Positions 9,990 through 20,621 of a stretch of DNA of 64,000 nt are shown piece after piece. Within the stretch, counting starts at the first letter, position 1. Each line of letters opens with the position of its first letter. The DNA is taken from positions 17,577 to 81,576 of the forward strand of contig JBHIEG010000007.1 in the NCBI GenBank assembly GCA_046760505.1. The letters run 5' to 3'. This DNA comes from Candidatus Hydrothermarchaeota archaeon (GTDB taxonomy: Archaea > CAYFZR01). The notes below the pieces were generated by a model. That model saw only the letters and a list, made by a program, of their open reading frames with translations. It did not search any database and was not told where the DNA came from. Both the position numbers and the translations under genes were made by a program.

Positions 9990-11243
9990 ATGAAAATGAC
10001 AAGAGTGCGTTTGAGATATGGTAAGGGCTCAATTGAGGTAGACATACCGGAAAAAAATCTAATGGGAATTATTGAACCTAAAGAACTTCCTAGAGCAGTA
10101 GATGAAATAAAAGAGATTAATGAAGCCATCAAAAATCCAATAAACTCAAAAAAGATCTCAGAAATTGTAAAAAATAAAGAAAAAGTTGTAATCATTGTGA
10201 GCGACATAACAAGACCAACTCCTTCATCAAAGATTCTCCCACCGCTCTTGAATGAATTATATTCCTGTGGTATAAAAAATAAAGATGTAACCATTGTTTT
10301 CGCATTAGGAATCCACAGGGCGCACACGGAGAAAGAGAGAAAAAATTTGGTGGGCGAGGAAATTTATAGAAAAATACGTTGCATCGATCACGACCCTGAA
10401 AACTGTATAAACATCGGTAAAACTTCATATGGAACAAATGTAGACATTTTTAAACCTGTAGCAGAAGCAGACGTAGTTATTTGTACCGGAAACGTAGAAT
10501 TTCATTATTTTGCAGGATACAGCGGAGGATCAAAGGCTGTAATGCCGGGCGTAAGTTCTAAGAGAGCAATACAGGAGAATCATCGGATGATGGTTCTGCC
10601 AAAGGCTGAGGCTGGAAGGCTTGATAGCCCGGTAAGATTGGACATCGACGAGGCTGGAGAAATACTGGGAGTCGATTTCGCCCTAAATGTTGTATTAAAC
10701 GAAAAAAAAGAGATTGTCAAAGCCTTTGCTGGAAATCCCACTGATGTGTACAAAGCCGGTGCAAAGTACGTGGACATGATGTATAAAGTTCCAGTTGATC
10801 CAGCAGATATAGTAATAACATGTGCTGGTGGATCTCCCAAAGATATTAATCTCTATCAGGCGCAGAAAGCCTTGGACAATGCCAAAAATGCAGTGAAAGA
10901 CGGTGGCTCCATCATTCTTGTTGCAGAGTGTTCGGAAGGTTTTGGAGAGAGCACGTTTGAGGAATGGATAAGGGAGGCAAAGGATCCAGAAGATCTAATA
11001 AAAAGATTAGAAGAGAATTTTGTATTGGGCGGACACAAAGCAGCGGCTATTGCCTTAGTGATGCGGAAAGCGGAGTGCTATCTGGTATCCAATATGCCTG
11101 AAGACCTCGCAAAGGAAGCATTCTTTATTCCAAAAGGAGATCTTCAGGAAGCACTGGAAGAGGCATTGAGAAAGCAAGAAGATGCAAAGGTACTTGTCAT
11201 GCCGTATGGTGGATCTACTCTTCCCTTTCCCAAGACTAAATGA
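9990..11243 (+). CDS. larA: nickel-pincer-dependent lactate (2-hydroxyacid) racemase
   Basis: SDITRP, ALGIHR, HYFAGYSGGSK, NH, DINLYQAQK motifs of LarA. Confidence 0.9.
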   Translation: MKMTRVRLRYGKGSIEVDIPEKNLMGIIEPKELPRAVDEIKEINEAIKNPINSKKISEIVKNKEKVVIIVSDITRPTPSSKILPPLLNELYSCGIKNKDVTIVFALGIHRAHTEKERKNLVGEEIYRKIRCIDHDPENCINIGKTSYGTNVDIFKPVAEADVVICTGNVEFHYFAGYSGGSKAVMPGVSSKRAIQENHRMMVLPKAEAGRLDSPVRLDIDEAGEILGVDFALNVVLNEKKEIVKAFAGNPTDVYKAGAKYVDMMYKVPVDPADIVITCAGGSPKDINLYQAQKALDNAKNAVKDGGSIILVAECSEGFGESTFEEWIREAKDPEDLIKRLEENFVLGGHKAAAIALVMRKAECYLVSNMPEDLAKEAFFIPKGDLQEALEEALRKQEDAKVLVMPYGGSTLPFPKTK

Positions 11244-11931
11244 ATATTACCTTGGATGTCTCCTCGCCTTTAAACTTCATTCTATCGCGGTATCCTTTTT
11301 CAAATATCTCAACGTTTTTCTCTGGTACACCCTTCTTTGGTGGTGCCGACTCATATACAACTTTCTTAGCTTCTTCTAAAGGTATTTTCAAAAGATCTTC
11401 ATCTTTTCTTTTTTCTAGGTCAGCAATCATAACGCCGAATGAATATGGACCTTTCAGTACGGATGGATATTCCTTGTACTTTGAAAAGTCATATAAAATT
11501 ATTTTAGGAGGATTACCACCGATTTTATAGTTTTTGAGTAACTCTAGCAGTTCTTCTCTTGAATAATACCTGGGGCCTTTTATACTTGTCATCACTGCAA
11601 TTGGTTCGATAACTCTGTAATCGCTTATTACTGTTAGATCTTTTGAATATACCTTTTCCGCTCGATTTCCCGCCTCGGTGAACATACGCCAGATTTCAGT
11701 CATTTCATAGGCATCCATGTAGTTGATCTCTTGTGGTACCGAACCGTGAATCTCCTTCTCACTTATCCAGACATCCAGACACATGGGCCCCTCCGCCTGA
11801 GCCAGCCCTCTGCATTGATATACTACTGCATAATATCCTGCCTTAATCGCTGCATCTGCGATTGTCTCAGCAAGAGTTAGATATCCAGAACCTCCAATCG
11901 ATGGAAGAGTGATTACAAGATCTCGCCCCAT
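11236..11931 (-). CDS. 2-oxoacid:ferredoxin oxidoreductase gamma/IorB-like subunit (divergent)
   Basis: SIGGSGYLTLAE (cf. GVGGQG), GLAQAEGP (cf. GMAQRGG), NVEIFEKG C-terminus; operon context. Confidence 0.68.
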   Translation of the reverse strand: MGRDLVITLPSIGGSGYLTLAETIADAAIKAGYYAVVYQCRGLAQAEGPMCLDVWISEKEIHGSVPQEINYMDAYEMTEIWRMFTEAGNRAEKVYSKDLTVISDYRVIEPIAVMTSIKGPRYYSREELLELLKNYKIGGNPPKIILYDFSKYKEYPSVLKGPYSFGVMIADLEKRKDEDLLKIPLEEAKKVVYESAPPKKGVPEKNVEIFEKGYRDRMKFKGEETSKVIFI

Positions 11932-11936
11932 CTAAA

Positions 11937-12857
11937 TCATCTCTCTGCATAGTTTTTCAAAAACTCGATATACTTCTTGGGGTGTTCGGTTACCATTGCT
12001 AGGTTTGGCTCATCGCATGTTAGAGATTCGCAATCGTAATGTGCACATGCCCCGCAGTTGAAGCATCGGCTTGGATCATTCTCAAGTAATGCTTGACAGC
12101 GCAGGCGCATACCGCAGAGTCTGCATTTGAATGGAGGAATTTCCTTTAGTTTTTCTGGATTCTCTCTAGCAATTTTTTCTCTTTCTTTTTGATAAATTAG
12201 GTCTTTGCAATCCTCTCTTTTGATAAATGTGCCCAGTTTAATTCCCACTGCTGAGAGTTCCCGTCTCAAGTCTCTTGAGCAGGTGCCATCAGCAACTACC
12301 ATGATTGCCTTGTTTTTCAGGTATTCCCCTATGAGTTTTTTGAAGATCTCTGCGTTCTCCTCATATCGATAGGGGTTGATGAAGTAAACATCGAAGCCTA
12401 AAGCTTTGCCTTCTACTTCGTAATCATTTTTTAAGCCTATTTGCCCACCTGTCATGCGAATTGAGTAGTTGTCGTAGATTATGTACATGCTTGGTGGGTC
12501 TTGGGCTGCAATCTTCATTCCATTTATATTGAAGTTGTATGCACCATCACCGCTTGCACAAACAACTATGTACTCATTCTCAGGTCCACCGGAAGAATAT
12601 CTTGCGCCTAATGCAACCATTGGAGCCATACCCATGCAGTAGATTGCATCTACTATTCTGTATTCATGCCATCCTTGGAGATTGCCGCAGCCTCTATCAG
12701 CTACGTAGATAAGTTTGAATTTTGTCTTATTTTCTTTATTGTATCTTCTGAGACCTTCTTTTAAGGCCATAGAAACTTTGGTTGCGCCGCATCCAGGGCA
12801 GTTTGCCACAGGTCTCTTAATCGTTCTTTCCTCAGGTTTAGGTAATGCAATTTCCAC
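11937..12857 (-). CDS. TPP-binding subunit of IOR-like oxidoreductase with C-terminal ferredoxin motifs
   Basis: CPGC, DRGC, CMG, GDG...DN..IRMTGGQ TPP motif; CRLC and CFNCGAC. Confidence 0.78.
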   Translation of the reverse strand: MEIALPKPEERTIKRPVANCPGCGATKVSMALKEGLRRYNKENKTKFKLIYVADRGCGNLQGWHEYRIVDAIYCMGMAPMVALGARYSSGGPENEYIVVCASGDGAYNFNINGMKIAAQDPPSMYIIYDNYSIRMTGGQIGLKNDYEVEGKALGFDVYFINPYRYEENAEIFKKLIGEYLKNKAIMVVADGTCSRDLRRELSAVGIKLGTFIKREDCKDLIYQKEREKIARENPEKLKEIPPFKCRLCGMRLRCQALLENDPSRCFNCGACAHYDCESLTCDEPNLAMVTEHPKKYIEFLKNYAER

Positions 12858-12872
12858 TATTTTCTCACCTCT

Positions 12873-14162
12873 TTACGCGCTAGCCATTATATGCTCTGCA
12901 TAAGAAAATCTTTCATACATTCTGGGCTCATATGGAATGCCCTTATTTCTAACCCTAACGCTGAATTCGTGTGTATTTATGAAGTCAAGAGTTTCGAAGT
13001 ACATCAGTCTGCTATATCCTTCCTCGAAAACAAAGACCTCATCTATAGAGCTTTCCTCAAAGATCTGCTTGTATATACCGATAGGCAAAGGCCAGACCAA
13101 GTCACTGGCAACCACGACTGGATCTTTATATCTTTCCCTGAATTCTCTTTCTTTGGCTTCATTGTTTCTTATGTAGTTGAAGTCTTCTCTGAAGGGGCCA
13201 TTAACAATTACCATTTTCGTTGGATTCTCTGAGTAATGAATAACCTCGTTATTTAAGAAATTGAATTTCTCTGAGAACTTTTTCTTTATAAGAGGAATTA
13301 TCTTCTCCCAGTGTCTCTTCTCCTTGGGCCTTATTTGAGGTCCGATTGTAACGAGATTATATGGATCCGGGGTGAATCCTTTCTTCCTCTTATTAGCAGT
13401 CATATCTATCTCAAGACTTACATCAGTGACTACCTCTCGATAAGATTGGTTGTAGTTCTCAATAATTGCGAAAGGCACGCCCAGTTCCTCACAAAGTTTA
13501 TAAGCGTTTCTAACTGTTACATGAGCATTAGCCGGGTTGTGAACTTCAAATGTTGGCATTCTGAAATGCCATGCGAATAATACCTTGTTGTCCTGCATTG
13601 TTTGCGATGCAGTGCCCTGTCTATCATCTCCGCTCGCTATGCCAAGACCGCCTGGATAGGGTATGATATTCATCAAAGTTCTAGCGACGTCTGCAGCGGT
13701 GTTGCCTCCGAGATGTTTAACCGAGCACATTACCCTCGAGCCAACTGGAATCTCATCTTTGTTCAGGAAATTTTTCTTTGCAAAGATTGTGTCTCCGTAA
13801 ATGGTATCGTATTCCTCGGGAGTAATGAATTCACGAGTTTTTTTATCTCCCTTACAAATTATATTGCCCAAGGCGAAGGATAGTGCATTTGGCTCGTTTG
13901 TCATTTCGCCCCATTTGGCAACGAGATCGTAGCCAGCCTTATCCAGAGCTTCGCCAAGTTTTTTTGTAAAAAGATTGTTTCTCGGATATCCTGGTTTTTT
14001 CGCGAGAGATTCAAATGTATTCTGCAGATCTGAAATAGGAGCACCGGGATATGCGCATGTAATTCTAACTCCCGCTTCTATGGCTCCTCTCGCGATTGCT
14101 TGGTTACCAGTGATTCTCATTCTCCCTAGATCGATTCTCAACGTTTCCACCAATAGAATCAC
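12873..14162 (-). CDS. IorA N-terminal (alpha, PYR/TK-C) subunit of 2-oxoacid:ferredoxin oxidoreductase
   Basis: GNQAIARGAIEAG..YPGAP, NE (TPP-activating Glu), VKHLGGNTAAD, GDD...SQTMQD; true start may be ~14150. Confidence 0.78.
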   Translation of the reverse strand: MILLVETLRIDLGRMRITGNQAIARGAIEAGVRITCAYPGAPISDLQNTFESLAKKPGYPRNNLFTKKLGEALDKAGYDLVAKWGEMTNEPNALSFALGNIICKGDKKTREFITPEEYDTIYGDTIFAKKNFLNKDEIPVGSRVMCSVKHLGGNTAADVARTLMNIIPYPGGLGIASGDDRQGTASQTMQDNKVLFAWHFRMPTFEVHNPANAHVTVRNAYKLCEELGVPFAIIENYNQSYREVVTDVSLEIDMTANKRKKGFTPDPYNLVTIGPQIRPKEKRHWEKIIPLIKKKFSEKFNFLNNEVIHYSENPTKMVIVNGPFREDFNYIRNNEAKEREFRERYKDPVVVASDLVWPLPIGIYKQIFEESSIDEVFVFEEGYSRLMYFETLDFINTHEFSVRVRNKGIPYEPRMYERFSYAEHIMASA

Positions 14163-14303
14163 CTTTCATTATTTTGTAATGCTAGTGATTGAACTTCCAG
14201 AAAAGCGAGTATATAAAATTTGGGTTTGGCCTTTTTCAGAGTTATTATCGGGTTATGATTGTAAATTTTAAATATAGCAATAAAAAACGGTAAAAAACTA
14301 AGC

Positions 14304-14684
14304 CTAAGTTATGATCAATAACACATCTCCTACCTTTACAGTTTGTCCTTCTCTAACACATACTTCCTTTACCGTGCCAGAGATCTGAGAAGAAATATCA
14401 TTTTCCATCTTCATTGCCTCTATAACAACTACAACATCCCCTTTATTTACCGTGTCTCCACTTTTTACGTTAACAGACACGACAGTTCCCTGAATTGGTG
14501 AGGTAATCTCCCCTGTAAGCATGCTAGGTGTGGTTTCTACAAGAGGGATGGAGGGTTGGGCGGTTGTCTCCACCTCTATTTCGCTTTGGTTTTGCTCAAT
14601 AGGCTTGGGTTTGCTTTCTGATGTTATTTCTTCGACTTTCACTATGTAAGCGACTCCGTCAACCTTCACCTTGAATTTTCTCAT
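14304..14684 (-). CDS. biotin carboxyl carrier protein
   Basis: ITSPIQGTV...IEAMKMEN biotinylation site; N-terminal MRKFKVKVDG..YIVKVEE typical of MmdC/1.3S-type BCCP. Confidence 0.92.
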   Translation of the reverse strand: MRKFKVKVDGVAYIVKVEEITSESKPKPIEQNQSEIEVETTAQPSIPLVETTPSMLTGEITSPIQGTVVSVNVKSGDTVNKGDVVVVIEAMKMENDISSQISGTVKEVCVREGQTVKVGDVLLIIT

Positions 14685-14920
14685 ATGTATCCCTTTATCC
14701 CTCTTTCTTTGTAGGATTTTGGAGCCATTAACCTTAGCCTACCTTGATACTTCCATGAGTCTTTTTGTTTCATTACTTTGAATGGTTTAATCATGAGTTG
14801 TTCTCTCCCTCTCACCTTCCATTCTGATATCACCGGAGTAGGAGGTGCCTCCTCCTCGAAGATCTCTTCTACCTCAACTATGTATGTCTTACCCTCGATT
14901 TCAATTTTAAACCTTCTCAT
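14681..14920 (-). CDS. small carboxylase accessory protein (BCCP-like N-terminal hairpin + two S.WK..GR..LM motifs)
   Basis: MRRFKIEIEGKTYIVEVEE parallels the BCCP N-terminus; SEWKVRGREQLM and DSWKYQGRLRLM; overlaps both neighbours. Confidence 0.7.
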   Translation of the reverse strand: MRRFKIEIEGKTYIVEVEEIFEEEAPPTPVISEWKVRGREQLMIKPFKVMKQKDSWKYQGRLRLMAPKSYKERGIKGYI

Positions 14921-16397
14921 TTACATCATCAAGAGGTTCAATAGAAGATATTTTTATTTCTTCTGGGTTTTTTCCCAAATAAGCTGAGATAGCAGCAGTA
15001 ATCGCAACAATAGTTACACTATCTTCAATCTTTTTCTTAAGTTTTGGCATTATTCTCTGTTGGTAGAATGAGGTTGAGTAATTTCCCTCCCTGTAATATT
15101 GGTCTTCCATAACTAGTTTGTTAAAGGGTATTGTCGTCTTTATTCCCTCTCCAGTGATTATATATTCGTCCAGTGCCCGTCTCATTCTTTTTATTGCTTC
15201 CTTTCTATTTCTACCCCACACAATCACCTTAGATATCATCGGATCGAAGTAGGGGAGGATGGTATATCCCTCATAAACAGAACTATCTAGTCTAACTCCA
15301 AAACCTCTGGGAACTATGTAAGTATCTATCGTTCCGGGAGTGGGAATAAAGTCGTTAAAGGGATCTTCTGCGTATATCCTACACTGTATAGAGTGTCCAC
15401 GCATCCTTATGTCTTCTTGGTCGCACTCGATGCGTTCTCCTGCAGCCATCCTTATTTGCTCCTTGATCAGATCAACTCCGGTTACCATTTCAGTAACGGG
15501 ATGCTCTACTTGGATGCGTGTATTGACCTCTAGGAAATAGAAATTTTTATCCTTATCCATCAAAAACTCCACTGTTCCCAAGTTAGTATATCCGGCTTCT
15601 TTTGCACCTTTTACAGCCAGTTTCCCGAGAGTTTCCCTTAGTTCGCCGTTTATGGCAGGGGAGGGAGACTCTTCGATTAACTTTTGATATCTCCTTTGGA
15701 TGGAGCAGTCTCTTTCTCCTAGATGAATTATTTTGCCGTATTTGTCCGCCACAATTTGGAATTCTATGTGCCTAGGTTCTTCGATGTATTTCTCAATGTA
15801 AACTTCGGATATTCCGAATGAAGACATTCCTTCGCTCCTCGCAGATGCGATGGCTCCCTTTAATTCCTCTTCATTCTTTGCTATCCGAATACCTCTTCCT
15901 CCACCGCAACCGACGCATTTAACCACAACAGGATAGCCTAGACTCTCTGCTATTTCAAGGGCATCTTCTTCATCTTTTATTGGTTTCTTAGTACCAGGAA
16001 CAAGGGGGACGCCTGCCTTAGCCATTATTCTTCTTGCGCATACCTTGTCTCCCATTTTTTTGAGTACTTTACTAGAAGGTCCTATCAGTACAATCCCTGT
16101 TTTCTCACAGTCTCTCGCAAACTCGTTATTTTCTGCCAAAAACCCGTAACCGGGATGAATCGCATCTGCTCCGCATTTCAGTGCGGTATCGATTATCTTT
16201 TCTCCGTTTAAATAACTCTTTACAGGAGATTCTCCGATACAGTAAGCTTCCTTTGCGTATCTAACGTGTAAAGAATTTTTATCCGGTTCCGAGTAAACTA
16301 CAACAGGCTTTATGTCCAGTTCTTTACATGCACCCATTATCCTTATGGCAATTTCTCCTCTGTTTGCAATCAATATCTTGTTGAACAAAAATTTCAC
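14907..16397 (-). CDS. accC: biotin carboxylase (AccC/PycA type) with C-terminal MmdD/PccX-like extension
   Basis: KILIANRGEIA, HPGYGFLAEN, GGGRGI, ERDCSIQRR, EVNTRIQVEHPVTE, RIYAEDP; tail VAITAAISAYLG. Confidence 0.93.
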   Translation of the reverse strand: MKFLFNKILIANRGEIAIRIMGACKELDIKPVVVYSEPDKNSLHVRYAKEAYCIGESPVKSYLNGEKIIDTALKCGADAIHPGYGFLAENNEFARDCEKTGIVLIGPSSKVLKKMGDKVCARRIMAKAGVPLVPGTKKPIKDEEDALEIAESLGYPVVVKCVGCGGGRGIRIAKNEEELKGAIASARSEGMSSFGISEVYIEKYIEEPRHIEFQIVADKYGKIIHLGERDCSIQRRYQKLIEESPSPAINGELRETLGKLAVKGAKEAGYTNLGTVEFLMDKDKNFYFLEVNTRIQVEHPVTEMVTGVDLIKEQIRMAAGERIECDQEDIRMRGHSIQCRIYAEDPFNDFIPTPGTIDTYIVPRGFGVRLDSSVYEGYTILPYFDPMISKVIVWGRNRKEAIKRMRRALDEYIITGEGIKTTIPFNKLVMEDQYYREGNYSTSFYQQRIMPKLKKKIEDSVTIVAITAAISAYLGKNPEEIKISSIEPLDDVNEKV

Positions 16398-17960
16398 CTA
16401 CAGTGGTATATTTCCATGTTTTTTCCATGGTCTATCTTCTCTTTTATTTTCTAATGTTTTCAAAGCATTTATCAGGAGAGGTCTCGTGTTTTTGGGTTCT
16501 ATTACCGCATCGATGTATCCTCTTGCCGCTGCTTCGTATGGATTTGCGAATTTCTCCCTGTACTCTTGAATCAATTTTTCTCTCATCGCTTCAGGATCTT
16601 CTGCTTTTGCTATTTCTTTCCTCGCTATGATATTTACTGCTCCTTCTGGCCCCATCACAGCAATCTCAGCAGTGGGCCAGGCATAAACTAAATCCGCGCG
16701 CAAATCCCTGCTGCACATAGCCAGATAAGTGCCTCCGTATGATTTTCTCGTAATTATTGTTATCTTTGGAACTGTAGCCTCTGAATAAGCAAAGAGAAGT
16801 TTTGCTCCATGTCTAATAATTCCACCGTATTCCTGAGCCGTTCCTGGTAGAAATCCAGGCACATCAACGAATGTTACCAGAGGTATGTTAAAAGCATCAC
16901 AGAACCTTATGAATCTCGCAGCTTTGTCAGATGAGTTTACATCTAGACTTCCCGCGTACACTTTAGGCTGATTCGCTATTATACCCACGGTTTTGCCATC
17001 AAGCCTCGCAAAGCCTATTATAATGTTCTTAGCAAAATTCGGTTTGAGTTCAAACAGTTTACCATTGTCCACTATCATGCGTATTACGTCGTACATGTCA
17101 TATGCCTTCTTTGGATCCACTGGTACTACATAATTTAGTTCTTCTTCTCTTCTGTTTGGGTCGTCTCCTGTATTAACTACAGGAGGATCTTCTAAGTTAT
17201 TGGAAGGTAAATAGCTTAATAGCTCTTTGATCAATTTTATACATTCTTCTTCATTTTTTGCTGAGAGATCTGCGTTTCCGCTAACCTGAGTATGTACATC
17301 TGCTCCGCCTAACTGCTCGAACGTCACTTCTTCCCCTGTTACCTCTTTTATAACGTCCGGTCCCGTTATGAACATGTAACTGGTTTTCTCCACCATGATG
17401 GTGAAATCGGAGATAGCAGGAGAATACACTGCTCCCCCAGCGCAAGGACCCATTATTGCCGATATTTGAGGAATTACTCCTGAATATATTGTGTTCCTAA
17501 AGAATATTTCACCATAACCAGCCAAACTGTCCACTCCTTCTTGAATCCTTGCTCCTCCTGAATCATTTAAACCTATAAAGGGTGCACCAACCTTGGCAGC
17601 CATATCCATTATCTTGCAGATTTTCTTTGAAAACATCTCGCTTAACGTACCACCTATTACCGTAAAATCCTGCGCGAAAACGTATACAAGTCTGCCATCT
17701 ATGGTTCCGTATCCTGTAACCACACCGTCTCCGGGATACTTTCTTTTTTCCATGCCAAAGTGAGTGCACCTGTGCTCAACGAACATATCTAACTCCACGA
17801 AACTGCCTGGATCTAACAGCAAATCAAGTCTTTCCCGAGCAGTGAGTTTACCCTTTTTGTGTTGGGCATCTATTTTTTCCTTTCCTCCTCCTAATTTTGC
17901 CTTTTCTTCTCTTTCTTTAAGTTCGGCAATTTTTTTGTCAGATTCTGACCTAGCAGACAT
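16398..17960 (-). CDS. pccB: acyl-CoA carboxyltransferase (PccB/MmdA)
   Basis: [57 protein letters not shown]-terminus. Confidence 0.93.
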   Translation of the reverse strand: MSARSESDKKIAELKEREEKAKLGGGKEKIDAQHKKGKLTARERLDLLLDPGSFVELDMFVEHRCTHFGMEKRKYPGDGVVTGYGTIDGRLVYVFAQDFTVIGGTLSEMFSKKICKIMDMAAKVGAPFIGLNDSGGARIQEGVDSLAGYGEIFFRNTIYSGVIPQISAIMGPCAGGAVYSPAISDFTIMVEKTSYMFITGPDVIKEVTGEEVTFEQLGGADVHTQVSGNADLSAKNEEECIKLIKELLSYLPSNNLEDPPVVNTGDDPNRREEELNYVVPVDPKKAYDMYDVIRMIVDNGKLFELKPNFAKNIIIGFARLDGKTVGIIANQPKVYAGSLDVNSSDKAARFIRFCDAFNIPLVTFVDVPGFLPGTAQEYGGIIRHGAKLLFAYSEATVPKITIITRKSYGGTYLAMCSRDLRADLVYAWPTAEIAVMGPEGAVNIIARKEIAKAEDPEAMREKLIQEYREKFANPYEAAARGYIDAVIEPKNTRPLLINALKTLENKREDRPWKKHGNIPL

Positions 17961-17980
17961 AAGAACCCTCCTTAACCAAA

Positions 17981-18847
17981 TTATAGTAATTCTTCAACTA
18001 TTTCTGCTACTCCAGAGGGAGTCGTACCAACTTTAACTCCAACTCTCTCAAGTGTTTTAATCTTCACATCAGGAGTCCCCGTACCTCTTGAGATTATTGC
18101 ACCTGCGTGACCCATCCTCTTTTCTGGAGGAGCATACCTTCCGGCAATAAATCCTACAACCGGCTTGTTTACATACTCTTTTATGTATTCTGCGGCCTCC
18201 TCCTCTTTAGTTCCGCCAATTTCTCCTATCAACACAATTGCCTTTGTTTCAGGATCTTCCTCGAAAAGTTTCAAAACATCTATGAATGTCGTGCCAACTA
18301 TAGGGTCACCCCCAATGCCTATGCAGGTGGACTGTCCAATCCCTCTTCTCGTAAGATCATCCACGATCTGATAGGTGAGAGTGCCACTTCTGGAAACTAC
18401 ACCTACGCTTCCCTTCTTAAATGCATCCCAAGGCATGATTCCAAGAAGAGTTTTCTCTGGGACAATTATTCCAGGGCAATTGGGCCCTACTAATACGGTA
18501 TCGGTCTCCTTTAGATACTTGGAAATTCTCAGCATGTCATGGACTGGAATGCCCTCTGATACGCAGACGATGAGATCTAGACCTGCGTATATAGATTCAA
18601 AAATTGCATCGGTAGCGAATTTTGCGGGAACAAAAATTAGGGAGGCATTCGCACCGGTCTCAATTACTGCTTCTTCTACTGAATTGTAAACAGGCACTCC
18701 ATGGATCTCCCCTCCTCCTTTGCCAGGCGTAACTCCAGCAACAACATTCGTTCCATATGCTATCATCCTTTCGGTATGAAAACTACCCTCTCTACCTGTT
18801 ATCCCTTGGACCAAGACCTTTGTGCTTTTGTCTGCCAGTATACTCAT
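17981..18847 (-). CDS. sucD: succinyl-CoA synthetase alpha subunit
   Basis: [34 protein letters not shown] phospho-His; start reset to ATG 18847 (MSILAD) after GGAG RBS. Confidence 0.95.
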   Translation of the reverse strand: MSILADKSTKVLVQGITGREGSFHTERMIAYGTNVVAGVTPGKGGGEIHGVPVYNSVEEAVIETGANASLIFVPAKFATDAIFESIYAGLDLIVCVSEGIPVHDMLRISKYLKETDTVLVGPNCPGIIVPEKTLLGIMPWDAFKKGSVGVVSRSGTLTYQIVDDLTRRGIGQSTCIGIGGDPIVGTTFIDVLKLFEEDPETKAIVLIGEIGGTKEEEAAEYIKEYVNKPVVGFIAGRYAPPEKRMGHAGAIISRGTGTPDVKIKTLERVGVKVGTTPSGVAEIVEELL

Positions 18848-18860
18848 TTTACTATCTCCT

Positions 18861-19997
18861 TTAAGACTTTTTAGATAGTTCCACGACTTTTTCTGCTGCA
18901 TCTTCCATGGTATCAGCAAGAATTAGATCTGTGTCTCTTAAAATTTCTTTCCCTTCAATTTCATTTGTTCCCGCCAACCTAACAACTATAGGCACGTTGA
19001 CTTTCATGTCTCCTAAGGCTTCTCTAATTCCTCTGGCAACCTCGTCGCACCTGGTTATCCCACCGTAAATGTTGAGCAGTATTGCATTTATTCTTTCATC
19101 TGATAGGAGTAAGCCTAAAGCACTTCTAACTCTTTCTGCCCTTGCTCCACCGCCTATATCTAGGAAATTTGCTGCTTTACCCCCTTTGTCGTGGATAAGA
19201 TCTATGGTTGTCATCACAAGACCTGCACCGTTTCCAATTACTCCGATATTTCCTTCTAATTTAACATAGTGGAACCCCTTTTCCTTAGAAATTCTCTCAG
19301 ATTCATCTGTTTCCATGTATTTAATTAATTCTGGATGTCTCATAAGGGCATTATCGTCTATTTCCAGTTTTGCGTCCAGTCCTACAAGTGATCTGTCTTT
19401 TTTGAGTACCAGAGGATTTATTTCTGCTAACATTGCATCTTTTTCTAAAAATATCTTGTAAAGTTTTTTTGAAATATCCAAAATACCTGGAATTGCTTCT
19501 TTATCAATGCCGGCATTGTATGCGAGCGATCTTGCCTGAAAATCTAGAAGACCTAGATTCGGGTCTACTGTTTGCTTGATAACCTTTTCAGGCATCTTTT
19601 TAGCGACTTCTTCAATGTCAACTCCACCAATGGAGCTCATAATGGCAGTGATTTGCCCGCTGGATGGATCTATCACAAAACCCACATAATATTCTTTTTC
19701 AATATCTACCCTTTCTTCTACGAGTACCTTTTTTACGGTAAAATCTTTTATTTTCATGCCCAGCATTTCCTTTGTTACTTTCTCTGCTTCCTCTGGTGTA
19801 TCAGAAAATTTTATTCCCCCTGCCTTCCCACGACCACCAACCGGTATCTGTGCCTTAATTGTGACCCGACTTCCTATGCTCTTTGCAATTTCTCTCGCTT
19901 CTTCAGGTGTTTCTGCGACTTTTCCCCTTGGGATGGGGAGACCATATTCTTTGAATATTCCTTTGGCCTGATACTCCAACATCCTCATTGCAACCAT
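18861..19997 (-). CDS. sucC: succinyl-CoA synthetase beta subunit
   Basis: [54 protein letters not shown]. Confidence 0.95.
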   Translation of the reverse strand: MVAMRMLEYQAKGIFKEYGLPIPRGKVAETPEEAREIAKSIGSRVTIKAQIPVGGRGKAGGIKFSDTPEEAEKVTKEMLGMKIKDFTVKKVLVEERVDIEKEYYVGFVIDPSSGQITAIMSSIGGVDIEEVAKKMPEKVIKQTVDPNLGLLDFQARSLAYNAGIDKEAIPGILDISKKLYKIFLEKDAMLAEINPLVLKKDRSLVGLDAKLEIDDNALMRHPELIKYMETDESERISKEKGFHYVKLEGNIGVIGNGAGLVMTTIDLIHDKGGKAANFLDIGGGARAERVRSALGLLLSDERINAILLNIYGGITRCDEVARGIREALGDMKVNVPIVVRLAGTNEIEGKEILRDTDLILADTMEDAAEKVVELSKKS

Positions 19998-20056
19998 CCA
20001 CGCATAGTAATTCTCCGGAGTTAATAACTGTTGTTGTATATAACAATTTTTTCATC

Positions 20057-20088
20057 AGAAAAACTTATAATTAGAAAAACTTATAATT
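20057..20088 (+). promoter_or_regulatory. tandem 16-bp duplication AGAAAAACTTATAATT x2 (BRE+TATA-like) in the sucC/mcm divergent region
   Basis: Exact direct repeat 20057-20072 and 20073-20088; purine-rich BRE-like run followed by TTATAA. Confidence 0.55.
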
Positions 20089-20203
20089 CCAGATTTCATG
20101 AATTACTGTAAGAAGAGAAGAAATTGCAGAATAAGTAAGTAATAATTTAGAAATACAAGATTTCTTCATGCTTATATGAATGAGTTTTGAGAGGGAGCGG
20201 AAA

Positions 20204-20605
20204 ATGGAAGAAAAAATAAGAATCCTGATAGCGAAACCCGGCCTGGATGGCCACGACAGAGGTGCGAAGGTAATTGCGCGAGCATTAAGAGATGCTGGGT
20301 TCGAGGTAATTTATACAGGGGTGAGACAAACTCCTGAACAAATCGTTGAAACAGCAATTCAAGAAGACGTAGACGCTATTGGTCTTAGCATACTCTCTGG
20401 TGCACATACCTATTTATTTCCAAAGATAATGGAGCTTTTAAGAAAAAGAGGCGTTGATGACATAGTTGTTTTCGGAGGTGGAATAATACCTGAGGAGGAT
20501 ATACCTGCGCTCAAAAAGGCTGGAATAAAAGAGATATTTGGTCCAGGCACCTCAACCCAAACCGTCATTGAATTTGTAAAAAATACCGTCAAAAAGAGGT
20601 CCTGA
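20204..20605 (+). CDS. methylmalonyl-CoA mutase cobalamin-binding (small) subunit
   Basis: [10 protein letters not shown] (DxHxxG), [21 protein letters not shown]; start at MEEKIRI after GAGGGAG. Confidence 0.93.
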   Translation: MEEKIRILIAKPGLDGHDRGAKVIARALRDAGFEVIYTGVRQTPEQIVETAIQEDVDAIGLSILSGAHTYLFPKIMELLRKRGVDDIVVFGGGIIPEEDIPALKKAGIKEIFGPGTSTQTVIEFVKNTVKKRS

Positions 20606-20621
20606 ATTTTTTGGTGAAAGG

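Noticed and set aside
14304-17960. Na+-pumping methylmalonyl-CoA decarboxylase
   Set aside because: No membrane beta subunit or TM-anchored delta in the operon; an ATP-grasp biotin carboxylase is present instead
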